DNA of 59,394 nt, counting the filler. It is 10 parts of 10 records of this genome, joined end to end, with 100 filler letters (N's around TTAATTAATTAA, not from the genome) between each part and the next. Parts side by side here need not be neighbours in the genome. Positions count along the whole stretch, not along the records: positions 38,362 to 43,447 come from SRR31147125_10565; positions 43,548 to 48,648 come from SRR31147125_10569; positions 48,749 to 54,046 come from SRR31147125_10619; 7 more parts are not named here. One strand, given 5' to 3'. Every line of letters starts with the position of its first letter. Within the stretch, counting starts at the first letter, position 1. The translations under genes were made by a program, and so were the position numbers. Shown in pieces: positions 41,330 to 51,754 of this stretch. The notes under the pieces were generated by a model, which was given only the letters and a program-made list of their open reading frames with translations, was not told the origin of the DNA and did no database searches.

Positions 41330-43294
41330 ATGACAAAAGGATCTAATGTCATCAATTTCCTGGTAGTAGCCCTGTTGATGTTCTCGATAGGATTCTACAT
41401 GGGTGGAGCTGGCTGTGGTAAACAGCAAGGACAGGATGCAAAAAAAGAAGCCAAGCTTGAGGCGGCAAAACAGCCAAACCAACAGCTTAAAAAGGATATC
41501 AAATTAGCCAAACCGCAAGAAGACAGATATGCGGTTCCAGTAGGTAAAAGCTACTTCAAAGGACCGGCTAATGCTCCCATAACCATTATGGAATTTTCAG
41601 AATTCCAATGCCCGTTCTGCTCTCGTGTAAACCCCACGATGAAGAAGATCATGGAAACTTACAAAGATCAGGTAAAAATAGTTTTCAAGCATAACCCACT
41701 TCCCTTCCATAAAGAAGCTATGCCAGCCGCAGAAGCTGCTTTGGCTGCCGGTAAACAGGGAAAATTCTGGGAAATGCATGACAAATTGTTTGCAAACCAG
41801 AGAGCATTGCAAAGAGACAAACTTGAAGCTTATGCCAAAGAGCTCGGTCTTAACGTTGAGCAATTCAAGAAAGATCTCGACACTCACGCTTACACCAAAG
41901 ACATTAAAGAAGATCAGGCCAACGCCACCAAATTCGGTGCTCGTGGAACCCCACACTTCTTTGTAAACGGTATTCGTGTTAAAGGTGCTCAGCCTTTTGC
42001 AAAGTTTAAAGAAGTGATCGACAAGGAACTGGTTAAAGCTCTTGAAATCAAAAAGAGTGGCGCAGCTGACATCTATGCCGAAGTCATCAAAAACGCCAAG
42101 AAAAAAGCGGAAGCTCCAAAGCGTCCTCAAAGAAAAGAAGACACAAACGTTTATAAAGTAGACACCGGTGACAGCCCTGTAAAAGGTAACGCCAAAGGTG
42201 CTTTGATTACAGTAATCGAATTCTCAGATTATCAATGCCCGTTCTCTAAACGCGCTCAGGGTTCAGTCGATCAAATCGTCAAGGAATACGGCGACAAGGT
42301 TCGTGTATATTATCGTCACAACCCACTGCCTTTCCACAAAGACGCTAAACTGGCCGCACAGGCAGGATATGCTGCTCAGCTTCAGGGAAAATACTGGGAC
42401 TTCCACAAAAAGGTATTTGATAATGCCAAAGCTCTCAAAGAAGACAACCTGATTGCATACGCTAAAGAACTCGGACTAAACGTAGCCAAGTTCACAAAAG
42501 ACATGAAATCACCTGCTGCTGAAGCCAAAGTCAAAAAAGACATGACAACAGCTCAGAAATTCGGTTCACGCGGAACTCCTGGATTCTTTATCAACGGTCG
42601 TAAAATCGTTGGTGCCCAGCCTTTCCCGAACTTCAAGAAACTAATCGACGAATTATTGGTAACAGCTCAAAAGTCTGGCAAAAAAGGCGATGCTCTTTAT
42701 GCTGAAGTTCTTAAAAACGGAAAAGACAAAGCTGATCCACCAAAACCACGTAAACCACAGGAAGATCCTAACAAGGTCTATGATGTACCGGCAGGAAACT
42801 CCTACTGGAAGGGCACAAAGAACGCCAAAGTCACTATCATCGAATTCTCAGAATTCCAATGCCCGTTCTGTAGCCGTGTAAATCCGACTATCGCAAAAAT
42901 CCTCGACACTTACAAAGGTAAAGTCAAGGTTGTTTTCAAGCATAACCCACTGCCTTTCCATAAAGATGCAGATCTCGCTTCTCAGGCCACTTTGGCAGCC
43001 GGTGAGCAGGGTAAATTCTGGGAAATGCACGATAAACTGTTTGCAAACCAGAAAGCTTTGAAGCGTGAAAATCTCGACAAATATGCACAGGAACTGGGAC
43101 TCAACATGGGTAAATTCAAAAAAGCCCTCGATTCCGGTGCTTATAAGAGTGCGATTCAGGAAGACATGAAGCTTGCCGCCAAAAGTGGTGCTCGTGGAAC
43201 TCCTGCATTCTTCATCAATGGCAAAAAACTCGTTGGTGCACAGCCTTACGAGAACTTCAAAAAGAAAATCGACGAAGCTTTGAAAGCCAAATAA
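41330..43294 (+). CDS. triple DsbA/thioredoxin-domain exported protein
   Basis: FQCPFC, YQCPFS, FQCPFC, each with GTP.FF.NG. Confidence 0.9.
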   Translation: MTKGSNVINFLVVALLMFSIGFYMGGAGCGKQQGQDAKKEAKLEAAKQPNQQLKKDIKLAKPQEDRYAVPVGKSYFKGPANAPITIMEFSEFQCPFCSRVNPTMKKIMETYKDQVKIVFKHNPLPFHKEAMPAAEAALAAGKQGKFWEMHDKLFANQRALQRDKLEAYAKELGLNVEQFKKDLDTHAYTKDIKEDQANATKFGARGTPHFFVNGIRVKGAQPFAKFKEVIDKELVKALEIKKSGAADIYAEVIKNAKKKAEAPKRPQRKEDTNVYKVDTGDSPVKGNAKGALITVIEFSDYQCPFSKRAQGSVDQIVKEYGDKVRVYYRHNPLPFHKDAKLAAQAGYAAQLQGKYWDFHKKVFDNAKALKEDNLIAYAKELGLNVAKFTKDMKSPAAEAKVKKDMTTAQKFGSRGTPGFFINGRKIVGAQPFPNFKKLIDELLVTAQKSGKKGDALYAEVLKNGKDKADPPKPRKPQEDPNKVYDVPAGNSYWKGTKNAKVTIIEFSEFQCPFCSRVNPTIAKILDTYKGKVKVVFKHNPLPFHKDADLASQATLAAGEQGKFWEMHDKLFANQKALKRENLDKYAQELGLNMGKFKKALDSGAYKSAIQEDMKLAAKSGARGTPAFFINGKKLVGAQPYENFKKKIDEALKAK

Positions 43295-43315
43295 TCTTAC
43301 GCTAAAGTAAGTTTT

Positions 43316-43350
43316 AACGCCCCGGATCAAGGTCCGGGGCGTTTTTCGTT
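43316..43350 (+). terminator. intrinsic terminator
   Basis: AACGCCCCGGA/TCCGGGGCGTT followed by a T tract. Confidence 0.85.
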
Positions 43351-43419
43351 TGTTGACTTTTATACATATATACGCTAGAAATATTATGGAAATGCTATTA
43401 ACATGGGTATTATCGCTGT

Positions 43420-43447
43420 GTCATCCCGCACTTGATGCGGGATCTCT
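43420..43447. repeat. GTCAT-type REP/RPE-like palindrome at the contig end
   Basis: GTCATCCCGCACTTGATGCGGGATC. Confidence 0.6.
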
Positions 43448-43547
43448 NNNNNNNNNNNNNNNNNNNNNNNNNNNNNNNNNNNNNNNNNNNNTTAATTAAT
43501 TAANNNNNNNNNNNNNNNNNNNNNNNNNNNNNNNNNNNNNNNNNNNN

Positions 43548-45078
43548 TCCTGACTTACCGGATAAAACTTGCCCAAATTGTTCACATCGGCTTACAAAGC
43601 GTGGATTTGATATACCATTTGAGGTGTTTTTAGGCTTCAAAGGAGATAAAGTTCCTGATATAGATTTAAATTTTTCTGGTGATAACCAAAACGCAGCACA
43701 TAAATACACAGAAGTATTATTTGGGGCAAAAAATGTATATAGGTCAGGAACGATCTCTGGTGTTGCAGAAAAGACAGCGTATGGATATGTAATGAAGTAT
43801 CTAGAACATGTGAGTAAAGAAGCATCTAAAGCAGAAATTAACAGATTAGTATCTGGCTGTGTAGGTGTTCGTAGAACTACAGGACAGCATCCAGGGGGAA
43901 TTATTGTTGTGCCCCATGAGTATGATGTGTATGACTTTACACCTATTCAGTACCCTGCAGACGATAAAAAATCTGGAACAATTACAACTCACTTTACGTT
44001 TAATATGCTTCATGACAGGCTTGTAAAGCTGGATATATTAGGGCATGACGATCCGACGATGTTAAGGATGTTAGAAGAGCTAACAGGTCTTGATCCATTG
44101 ACTATACCATTAGATGACAAGGATACTATGGCTTTGTTTTCATCAGTTAAAAGTCTTGGTGTGACCAGTGATGATATATTGGCAGAGATGGGGACTTACG
44201 GCGTTCCTGAATTTGGCACAGGATTTGTTAGAGGAATGTTAAAGGATACTTTGCCTAAAACTATGGCAGAGCTAGTACGAATATCTGGATTGTCACATGG
44301 TACTGATGTGTGGCTAGGTAATGCACAAGAGCTTGTAAGAAGTAAAACAGCTACATTGCTGGAAGCTATATGTACTCGTGATGACATAATGCTTGCATTA
44401 ATAAGGTGGAATGTAGATGATAAAATAGCATTTGATACTATGGAAAGCGTCCGTAAGGGCAGGGGATTGACAGAAGCTATGGAAAATGCTATGACAGAGG
44501 CTAATGTGCCGCCATGGTTTATAAACTCATGTAAGCTTATTAAGTATATGTTTCCAAAAGCACATGCTGCTGCATATGTTATTATGGCATTTAGAATAGC
44601 ATATTATAAAGTTCACTATCCACTTGCATATTACAATGCATACTTCAGCATACGGGGAGAGGATTTTGATGCCCTTACAATGACTTGTACTCATAGTGAA
44701 GCCAAAACTCAAGTGCAGAAATTGCGAAGCATTGGCAACGATTTAACGGCTAAGGAGAAAGGACAGCTAACCGTATGGGAATTGGTTTTAGAAATGCTTG
44801 CTCGTGGATTTGAATTTCTAAAAGTTGATTTAAAATTGAGTAAGGCGGCAAAATTCCAAATAATTGATGGTAAAATATTACCTCCTCTTAATAGGCTTCC
44901 AAACATAGGTACAACTGCGGCTATTTCTATAGAGAGAGAAAGAGATGCAGAGATGTTTCGAACTATTGATGATTTACAGAAAAGAGCCAGTGTAAATAAA
45001 TCAGCACTTGAATCATTAGAAAATGCAGGTTGTTTAAAAGGACTTCCGCAAAGTAGTCAAGTATCGTTTTTTGATTGA
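43548..45078 (+). CDS. polC: DNA polymerase III PolC, C-terminal fragment
   Basis: KVPDIDLNFSG, RTTGQHPGG, KLDILGHDDP, YMFPKAHA. Confidence 0.96.
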
Positions 45079-45081
45079 TTA

Positions 45082-46257
45082 TTATTTCATGAATTTAAGC
45101 AATATATCATTTTGTAGATCCATTCCTTTTGGTGTTAATATAAAATGTGTATTGCTTTTTTTGATTAGTTTATTATATTTCATTTCTTTAATAACATTAT
45201 GATATTTTTTCTGAAAGTCATCTCCTGTAAACTGATTGTACTCAGCATACTCCATACCAGTTGATAATCGAGTATTGAGCATAATCATTTCAAATGCAAT
45301 ATCATCTTTTGATAAAGGAGTAGTTTCAACTAATGGTAATTTGTTAGAACTAATCGAACTAATATAATTTGTTAAGCTGTATGTATTTAAATAACGTGTA
45401 TTATTATACATTGATGCGGCAGCAACACCTAGACCTAGATATGGCTTCCTAGTCCAATACTTAAGATTATGCTTAGATTCATATCCGGACTTAGCAAAAT
45501 TGGATATTTCATATCTTTGAAAACCTAATGTTTGAAGATATTTCCTTGTGCTTTCTGACATTAAATATTCGCTGTCTTCTTCTGGTAAAATAACAGTATG
45601 GTTTTTAACAGCCGTTTTAAGTGGTGTGCCATTCTCTAATTTTAAAGTATACATACTTATATGCTTGGCATCTAGTTCATTAGCCAAATTAACAGATGCT
45701 AATAAATCATCTATTTCTTGATCTGGTAGTCCGCTGATTATATCTACGCTGAAATTATTAATGCCTATAGACTTTATTAGTTCAATTGTTTTTCTAAATT
45801 GTTCAATATTGTGTATTCTGCCAATTGAATTAAGTATTTTATCATTAGCACACTGTAATCCAACAGAGGCTCTATTTACTCCCATGTTATTCAGCATTTT
45901 AAATAGACTCTCGCTGCCTGTTCCAGGATTTATTTCAATAGTAAATTCATTAATCTCTGTATTGAAATTTTCGTAAATATGGGATATTATATCTTTTAAA
46001 CTAGACTGAGGAATACAACTAGGCGTACCGCCACCAATAAAGATTGAATCGAAAGTTATATCGGTAAATTTAGCCTTGTACATAGTTATTTCTTTGCACA
46101 AGGCTTTTGTATAGTCTTTGATTAAAGTATCATTTTTGATTACTGATGCAAAATCGCAGTAGGAGCATTTTGATACGCAAAATGGTATATGAACATATAA
46201 GCCGTAAGAATTATTAGTTTGCATGTTAGTTATTGTATTAATCCCATAGATCCTCAT
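45082..46257 (-). CDS. hemW: radical SAM heme chaperone HemW (HemN-like)
   Basis: YVHIPFCVSKCSYCDF, GGGTPS, YEISNF, HNLKYW; true start may be 46224. Confidence 0.9.
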   Translation of the reverse strand: MRIYGINTITNMQTNNSYGLYVHIPFCVSKCSYCDFASVIKNDTLIKDYTKALCKEITMYKAKFTDITFDSIFIGGGTPSCIPQSSLKDIISHIYENFNTEINEFTIEINPGTGSESLFKMLNNMGVNRASVGLQCANDKILNSIGRIHNIEQFRKTIELIKSIGINNFSVDIISGLPDQEIDDLLASVNLANELDAKHISMYTLKLENGTPLKTAVKNHTVILPEEDSEYLMSESTRKYLQTLGFQRYEISNFAKSGYESKHNLKYWTRKPYLGLGVAAASMYNNTRYLNTYSLTNYISSISSNKLPLVETTPLSKDDIAFEMIMLNTRLSTGMEYAEYNQFTGDDFQKKYHNVIKEMKYNKLIKKSNTHFILTPKGMDLQNDILLKFMK

Positions 46258-47415
46258 ACATTGCTATAACAGCATTGTGTTCTTCCAAAGTTTTACTGAA
46301 AGCCAATTCGCCTGAATCAGGATCTTTTGTCGCAAAGAATAGATAACCTTGGCTCATAAATTCCTCATCAGGATATAATGCTGCATCAATTGCTTTTTCA
46401 GAAGGAGAACATATTGGCACCGCTGAAGACCATCATATATGTATGTGTTGTATTTTGAGTCTATAGATATGTCTTCGCTGGTTAACTTTAACTTTTTTGT
46501 TCCTAGTATATACTGTACGCTTGCACAGGATTCTAGCTTCATGCTTCTGCCTATGCGGTTATAGAAAACTGCACTTACTTTAGCAAAATCATTAGGACGT
46601 GATTCACGCTCGATAATAGAAGCTAGAATAACTACTTGGTCTATTGTCAAACCTAATTCTTCAGCTCTTGCTAGTCTTTTTTCGTTGAAAACATCAGAGA
46701 ATTTGTTAAGCATTTTTTTAATAATTGTTGCTTCTGATGAGCCAACGTATATTTCGTATTTTGCAGGGTATAAGTATCCTTCTAAAACATAAGATCTGTC
46801 AGGATTATTTACTTGTGTTACTTCATTTATAAAATTGTAGTTTGTAAATTCATCTACATTAGATGCAGCCTGCAAAAATGCATCTACATCACTAATTACT
46901 CCGTCGCTTAAAAGTTTCTGGGCAGTTACTTTTATGCTAGAACCTTCAATAATAAGAAATTCGGTGACCTGAACAGAGCCTGGACCTTCCGATAACTGCA
47001 GCATGATTTCCTGCATTGTCATTGTTTTATTAAGGTCGTATTTGCCAGCCTGCATTTTTTTACCATAGCCAGAAAAGTTTATGTAGTATTCAAACACTTT
47101 AGCATTGTTAACAAGACCATTTTCATACATCATCTCTGCTATTGAGCTTACACTCGTACCTGTTGGTATATCAATTGATACAGATGTTGCATCAGATTCA
47201 GACGTTGGAAGCCAATAGTTATTTAAAAAATAATCAACACCAAAATATAGTACGGATAGTACAAGCAAGATGGAGGCAATAGTAATAAGAACTGACCTTA
47301 TAAATTTCCATATACTAAAATAAACATCTCTTTTGTTATAAGAATATTCTTTTTGATTACTGCTACCCCTTGTAGAAGCACGTCTATTATTATTTCTATA
47401 GTTGTAATTACTCAC
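46238..47415 (-). CDS. mltG: endolytic transglycosylase MltG (frameshift near 46425)
   Basis: LEGYLYP, LASIIERE, YNTYIYDGL then PICSPS...YLFF in the shifted frame. Confidence 0.9.
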
Positions 47416-47453
47416 GGATTCAACCTCCAGAATATATAGCTTTTATTACTAAG

Positions 47454-48428
47454 CTATATTATACCATAAATAATTTGTATTATGGAAAGGAAAAATGGAA
47501 CAACAGAGGAAATTATAATTCCGCATGCAAATCCTGTGACAGCATACTGTTTGCCTAAGCCTTTAGTAATTGCTGGTAAAGTAGTATCCATAGCTGTTGA
47601 ACCACAGGCAGCGATTGCACTTTCTTCTGACATTAGAGCACCTATTATAGGAATGAATGCCATTGCTAATAGTTCTCTTATTAGATTAGCTGAAAAAGCC
47701 ATTGCTCCCAATTCTGCATCTATTTTTGACAGCATAATTCCCGCAAGGGAGTACCACCCCATAGGACTGCTAATAGCTAAGGAATAAAAAAAGTCATATC
47801 CAAGAATAATACCTAATACTAGTCCTCCAGTTAATGAACCTATAATTACGCCAAAACAAATCAGCATTACACTTTTGCCTATAGATAATAAATGATCCAT
47901 AGTGAGTTGTGATAAACCCATATCAATTCCGATAATGAAAATAAGCGCAATCAAGGAGCCGTCAACAGTATTATTGAGAATATTATCCTGGATAGTGAAA
48001 ACTTTGAAATAACCCAAAAACCCACCTAATACAACTAAGCCTAAGTATATTATTATCATAATAAAATTATGAAATTGTGAACTCTGCTTATTATCTACTG
48101 AAAAGGGGATATGGCTATTTATTTTATTTTTTTGAGAAATTTTATTGGCTATTGAAACAAAAAGCCATGTAAACAAGGTACTGGCTATCAATGTAGCTAT
48201 ACCAAAAAGCGCTGAATGTAAGCCCATAATAGAGAAATTTGCAATCAGTGCTTCATTAGAACCGATTTTGTACCCCATCATACTTAAAAGAAGAAAGATA
48301 GATATGTTTTGCAATATGGATATTAATTTATTTAAAAGTTCAGTCTTTTCATCCTTTATAAATTTATGTGTAAGTTTTCCAAAAATAAAGCCTGATATAA
48401 TCAGGCTCAACAGTATTATTCCAAACAT
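47454..48428 (-). CDS. lysO: LysO/YbjE-family lysine exporter
   Basis: GWYSLAG, NLIRE, TAMDTTLP. Confidence 0.85.
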   Translation of the reverse strand: MFGIILLSLIISGFIFGKLTHKFIKDEKTELLNKLISILQNISIFLLLSMMGYKIGSNEALIANFSIMGLHSALFGIATLIASTLFTWLFVSIANKISQKNKINSHIPFSVDNKQSSQFHNFIMIIIYLGLVVLGGFLGYFKVFTIQDNILNNTVDGSLIALIFIIGIDMGLSQLTMDHLLSIGKSVMLICFGVIIGSLTGGLVLGIILGYDFFYSLAISSPMGWYSLAGIMLSKIDAELGAMAFSANLIRELLAMAFIPIIGALMSEESAIAACGSTAMDTTLPAITKGLGKQYAVTGFACGIIISSVVPFFLSIIQIIYGII

Positions 48429-48431
48429 CCA

Positions 48432-48648
48432 TCAAATCTCCATGAATACAGGCAAAATCATAGGTTTCCTGCGAGTTTTACTGTATAGGAATTTTCTTAA
48501 GTCTTTACGAATTTTTGATTTCATATCCTGCCATTGCATCATTTCTTTTAACGATGCGTTATCAATAACAATTTGTACTACTTCTCGCATCTCATCTATT
48601 AATTTCTCGGATTCTTTCATATATACAAATCCTCTGGATATAATATCA
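48432..48648 (-). CDS. rnj: ribonuclease J, C-terminal fragment
   Basis: DIISRGFVYMKESE...KTRRKPMILPVFMEI. Confidence 0.9.
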
Positions 48649-48748
48649 NNNNNNNNNNNNNNNNNNNNNNNNNNNNNNNNNNNNNNNNNNNNTTAATTAA
48701 TTAANNNNNNNNNNNNNNNNNNNNNNNNNNNNNNNNNNNNNNNNNNNN

Positions 48749-48826
48749 CAAGGATATTATTTCTTGAGAAAAAGTTTTAATAGTTAAGATTATTAGTAAA
48801 AACATTATCTTAATTCCATTTTTCAT
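48749..48826 (-). CDS. N-terminus of an exported protein, possibly TolC-like (cut)
   Basis: ATG overlaps the upstream stop; MKNGIKIMFLLIILTIKTF then SQEIISL with one added T. Confidence 0.4.
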
Positions 48827-49713
48827 TCTTCCAGCTCCATATTTATGTATTTAATTTTACTCTCATAATCAAACTCATTTAATTCCAACTCAAGAATCTC
48901 CATATCTTTTTCAAACAGTTCACTTCTTTTAGCTAAACCTGCCTTTATCTTTCTTGTAACATACTCTTTTTCCATTAATTTTAGGTTTATCTCTTTATTT
49001 ATCAAACCTAACTTTTCTGAGTAGGCATACAGATCTTTTTGCCTTTCTTCCCTTTGGCGTTCGAACTCTTTATCTTCTTCTAAAAAGTTTATATTTAAAA
49101 TTTCAAGTTCCAACTCTTTGTTTTTAATGATTTCTTCGCCACTATTTTCAACTAATATAATTTCAGTTTCCTTTTGAAGAATTGCTTTTTTAAACTCAAA
49201 TATTTCTGCATTTAACTCTCTGTTTTTCTTAAAAATTTTCTCTTTAATATCTTCTGTTTCATCATATCTTCTTTTATAATAAATCTCATTGTTTTCATTT
49301 TCCAATTTTTTCTCTTTTATCTTTGAAATATTATATTTTAAAGTTTCTATCTCCAGGTTACTCACTGTCTGTTTATTGGCTTCCATAATTTGTTGATGTT
49401 TTTCATATTCTCTTAATTGTTTTTTTAATAAAGGTTTTGTTTTTGCTATTTTTTCTAACTCTATTTGATATTTATATTTTTTCTTTCGTTCACTCTTTTT
49501 TTCTTTGATTAAGTCAATACTGTTTAAAAATAGTTGTTTCTCTAACTCTAAATATTTTAGTTCACTCCACTCTTTTTCTCGTTTTGATTGAAGTTCTAAT
49601 TTTTGATTTTTAAGATATTCTGACTGTTTTTCTAGCACCTTTATTTGGTTGGCAAAACTAGAAGTTTGGAAAGCAAATAATAGAAAGAATAATAATTTCA
49701 AGTTATTTTTCAT
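48823..49713 (-). CDS. exported coiled-coil protein, possibly TolC-like
   Basis: Signal peptide; helical K/E-rich; KIKAGLAKRSEL resembles the outer-membrane efflux motif; lies in a secretion cluster. Confidence 0.5.
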   Translation of the reverse strand: MKNNLKLLFFLLFAFQTSSFANQIKVLEKQSEYLKNQKLELQSKREKEWSELKYLELEKQLFLNSIDLIKEKKSERKKKYKYQIELEKIAKTKPLLKKQLREYEKHQQIMEANKQTVSNLEIETLKYNISKIKEKKLENENNEIYYKRRYDETEDIKEKIFKKNRELNAEIFEFKKAILQKETEIILVENSGEEIIKNKELELEILNINFLEEDKEFERQREERQKDLYAYSEKLGLINKEINLKLMEKEYVTRKIKAGLAKRSELFEKDMEILELELNEFDYESKIKYINMELEE

Positions 49714-50572
49714 TCTCTAATTTCCTTTCAAAATTCAAACTTTTTCTATTGAACGTTCTGATACAAAAGATTAATATAACAAATGAAGCAAGCATTATTG
49801 TATAATCCAAAATACCTAATGTTTCCATTTTATTTACCTTAGCTATTTGCACTGATATAACAGGAAAAACATTGTAAACCGCATGACAAACTATAGTCGC
49901 AATAACAGATCCTGTTTTAAGATAAAGATAACCTAAACATAAGCCAAGAATAAAAGTTGGGAGTAATTGAACTAGATTAAAATGAAATAAAGAGAACATT
50001 ATTGCAGAAATAAAGAGTCCCTTTATTTTTCCATACTTTATTGATAAACCGTTTAAAATGGTTCCTCTAAAAATCATCTCCTCAAAAATTGGGGCAATAA
50101 TCAAAGCGCTGAACATTCCAGAGCTTCCTTTTAATGAGTTTGCTATATCCTTTACCTCACTAGTTCCAAAACTAAATTGAATCATTAATAAAGACATTAA
50201 TTTCCCTAAAAATATTGATAGAAATACAGATGCAAAAATCAAAGGAAGCCATATAAATCCTTTAGGTGTACTTTCCACACATAAAAAATCTATAATTGTT
50301 TGATGTCTCTTTTTAAGAATATAAAACATTGCTATTGAATATGCTACAATTAAGGAAAATAAAACAATTAAATTCATATATTGGGAGTATATTGATTTTG
50401 CTGTTTCCTTTGCAGTATCTGGCATATTCATCCCAGCATAAACTCCTATCCCTATCGAAAATGGCAGTATTGCTAGAATCATCAATATAAATATCATCGC
50501 TAGCAATAATATTGATGATATAATCCCTGGGTATACCTTTGCTTCTTTTCTATCCATAGTTAATTTATCCAT
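49703..50572 (-). CDS. CPBP/Abi (CAAX) intramembrane protease
   Basis: APIFEEMIFRG, FSLFH, HAVYN. Confidence 0.9.
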   Translation of the reverse strand: MDKLTMDRKEAKVYPGIISSILLLAMIFILMILAILPFSIGIGVYAGMNMPDTAKETAKSIYSQYMNLIVLFSLIVAYSIAMFYILKKRHQTIIDFLCVESTPKGFIWLPLIFASVFLSIFLGKLMSLLMIQFSFGTSEVKDIANSLKGSSGMFSALIIAPIFEEMIFRGTILNGLSIKYGKIKGLFISAIMFSLFHFNLVQLLPTFILGLCLGYLYLKTGSVIATIVCHAVYNVFPVISVQIAKVNKMETLGILDYTIMLASFVILIFCIRTFNRKSLNFERKLENEK

Positions 50573-50597
50573 AATTATTCTCCTAATTTTATTATTT

Positions 50598-51752
50598 CTA
50601 TAAATCCTCTATAAAATTCAATTTTTCTAACACAATATAAAATATCTTTTTTCTACGAGAAATAATTCTAATATCACTAGCCATTCCTACTTTTACAATT
50701 CCTTCTTTTCCATTTCTATTATAAAGTTTTGTTTCAGGTATATTTGCTTCCACTTTATAAACTAAGCTACTATTTTTCTGATTAATTGCAACATCTTCAG
50801 AAATCGTTTTAATCTTTCCTTCAACTATTCCATATTCTTTATATGGGAATGCTAAAAATCTAAATTTCGCTCTTTGATTTCTCTTAATCTGGCTAATATC
50901 TTTGTTATTAACTGATATATCCATTTTAAAATTTGTGCCTTCAGGTATAATTTTCAGTACTTGTTCGCCGCTATTGATATAATCATTTATATTATAATTT
51001 TTAATAACTTGTATTGTTCCAGTTATTGGAGATTTTATTGTGCCAAACTCTATATTTTTTTCTATCTCTTTTAACTGGTTCTTTAATTTTATTACTTCAT
51101 TTTCTTTTTCCAATATCTCTGATTTTATAGAATACATTGTTTCAGATTTACTTTTTTCCAGATTTAGCTTTGCATAATCCCAGTTTGATTTTAACTCATT
51201 AAGTTTAGCTTCTGTTGTGAAGTCTAATCCTAAGCTTTTTTCTTGTTTAAATTTTAACTCCGCTTGTTTATACTCTAATTCTAATTGTTCATTTTTTAAT
51301 GAATATGAAATAAATCTGTTATAGTACTCGATTTCACTTTTTTTAAATAGATTTCTATTTTCATTAATACTTTTTTCAAACCTCTTCAAATTTGCTAGTT
51401 TGTTTTGAAATTTTTCTTTAGTTTTATTAATTGTTTCTTTCTGAAATTCAAGTTTTGAAGCATCGACAGTATATAAAACATCACCAGTTTTTACGTGTTG
51501 TCCCTCTTTAAAGCTAATATTATCAACCAGCCCTGAGTTAACATTTATAACTGTACTTACATTTCTATCTGGTCTTACAACCCCGTTAGCTTTTACTACT
51601 ATATCAATTTCACTAAACCACATCCAAACTAAAGCTGACATTATAATTAATAGAAATATATATATGAAAACTATCATAAAATTGGGTACTTTTTGTTCAA
51701 TAAACTCTTTGGTATCACTTATATTTTTTAATTCTATTATATGCTCTCTCAT
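50598..51752 (-). CDS. HlyD-family secretion membrane fusion protein
   Basis: N-terminal TM; IKSPITG; AFPYKEYG; KVGM. Confidence 0.9.
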   Translation of the reverse strand: MREHIIELKNISDTKEFIEQKVPNFMIVFIYIFLLIIMSALVWMWFSEIDIVVKANGVVRPDRNVSTVINVNSGLVDNISFKEGQHVKTGDVLYTVDASKLEFQKETINKTKEKFQNKLANLKRFEKSINENRNLFKKSEIEYYNRFISYSLKNEQLELEYKQAELKFKQEKSLGLDFTTEAKLNELKSNWDYAKLNLEKSKSETMYSIKSEILEKENEVIKLKNQLKEIEKNIEFGTIKSPITGTIQVIKNYNINDYINSGEQVLKIIPEGTNFKMDISVNNKDISQIKRNQRAKFRFLAFPYKEYGIVEGKIKTISEDVAINQKNSSLVYKVEANIPETKLYNRNGKEGIVKVGMASDIRIISRRKKIFYIVLEKLNFIEDL

Positions 51753-51754
51753 TA

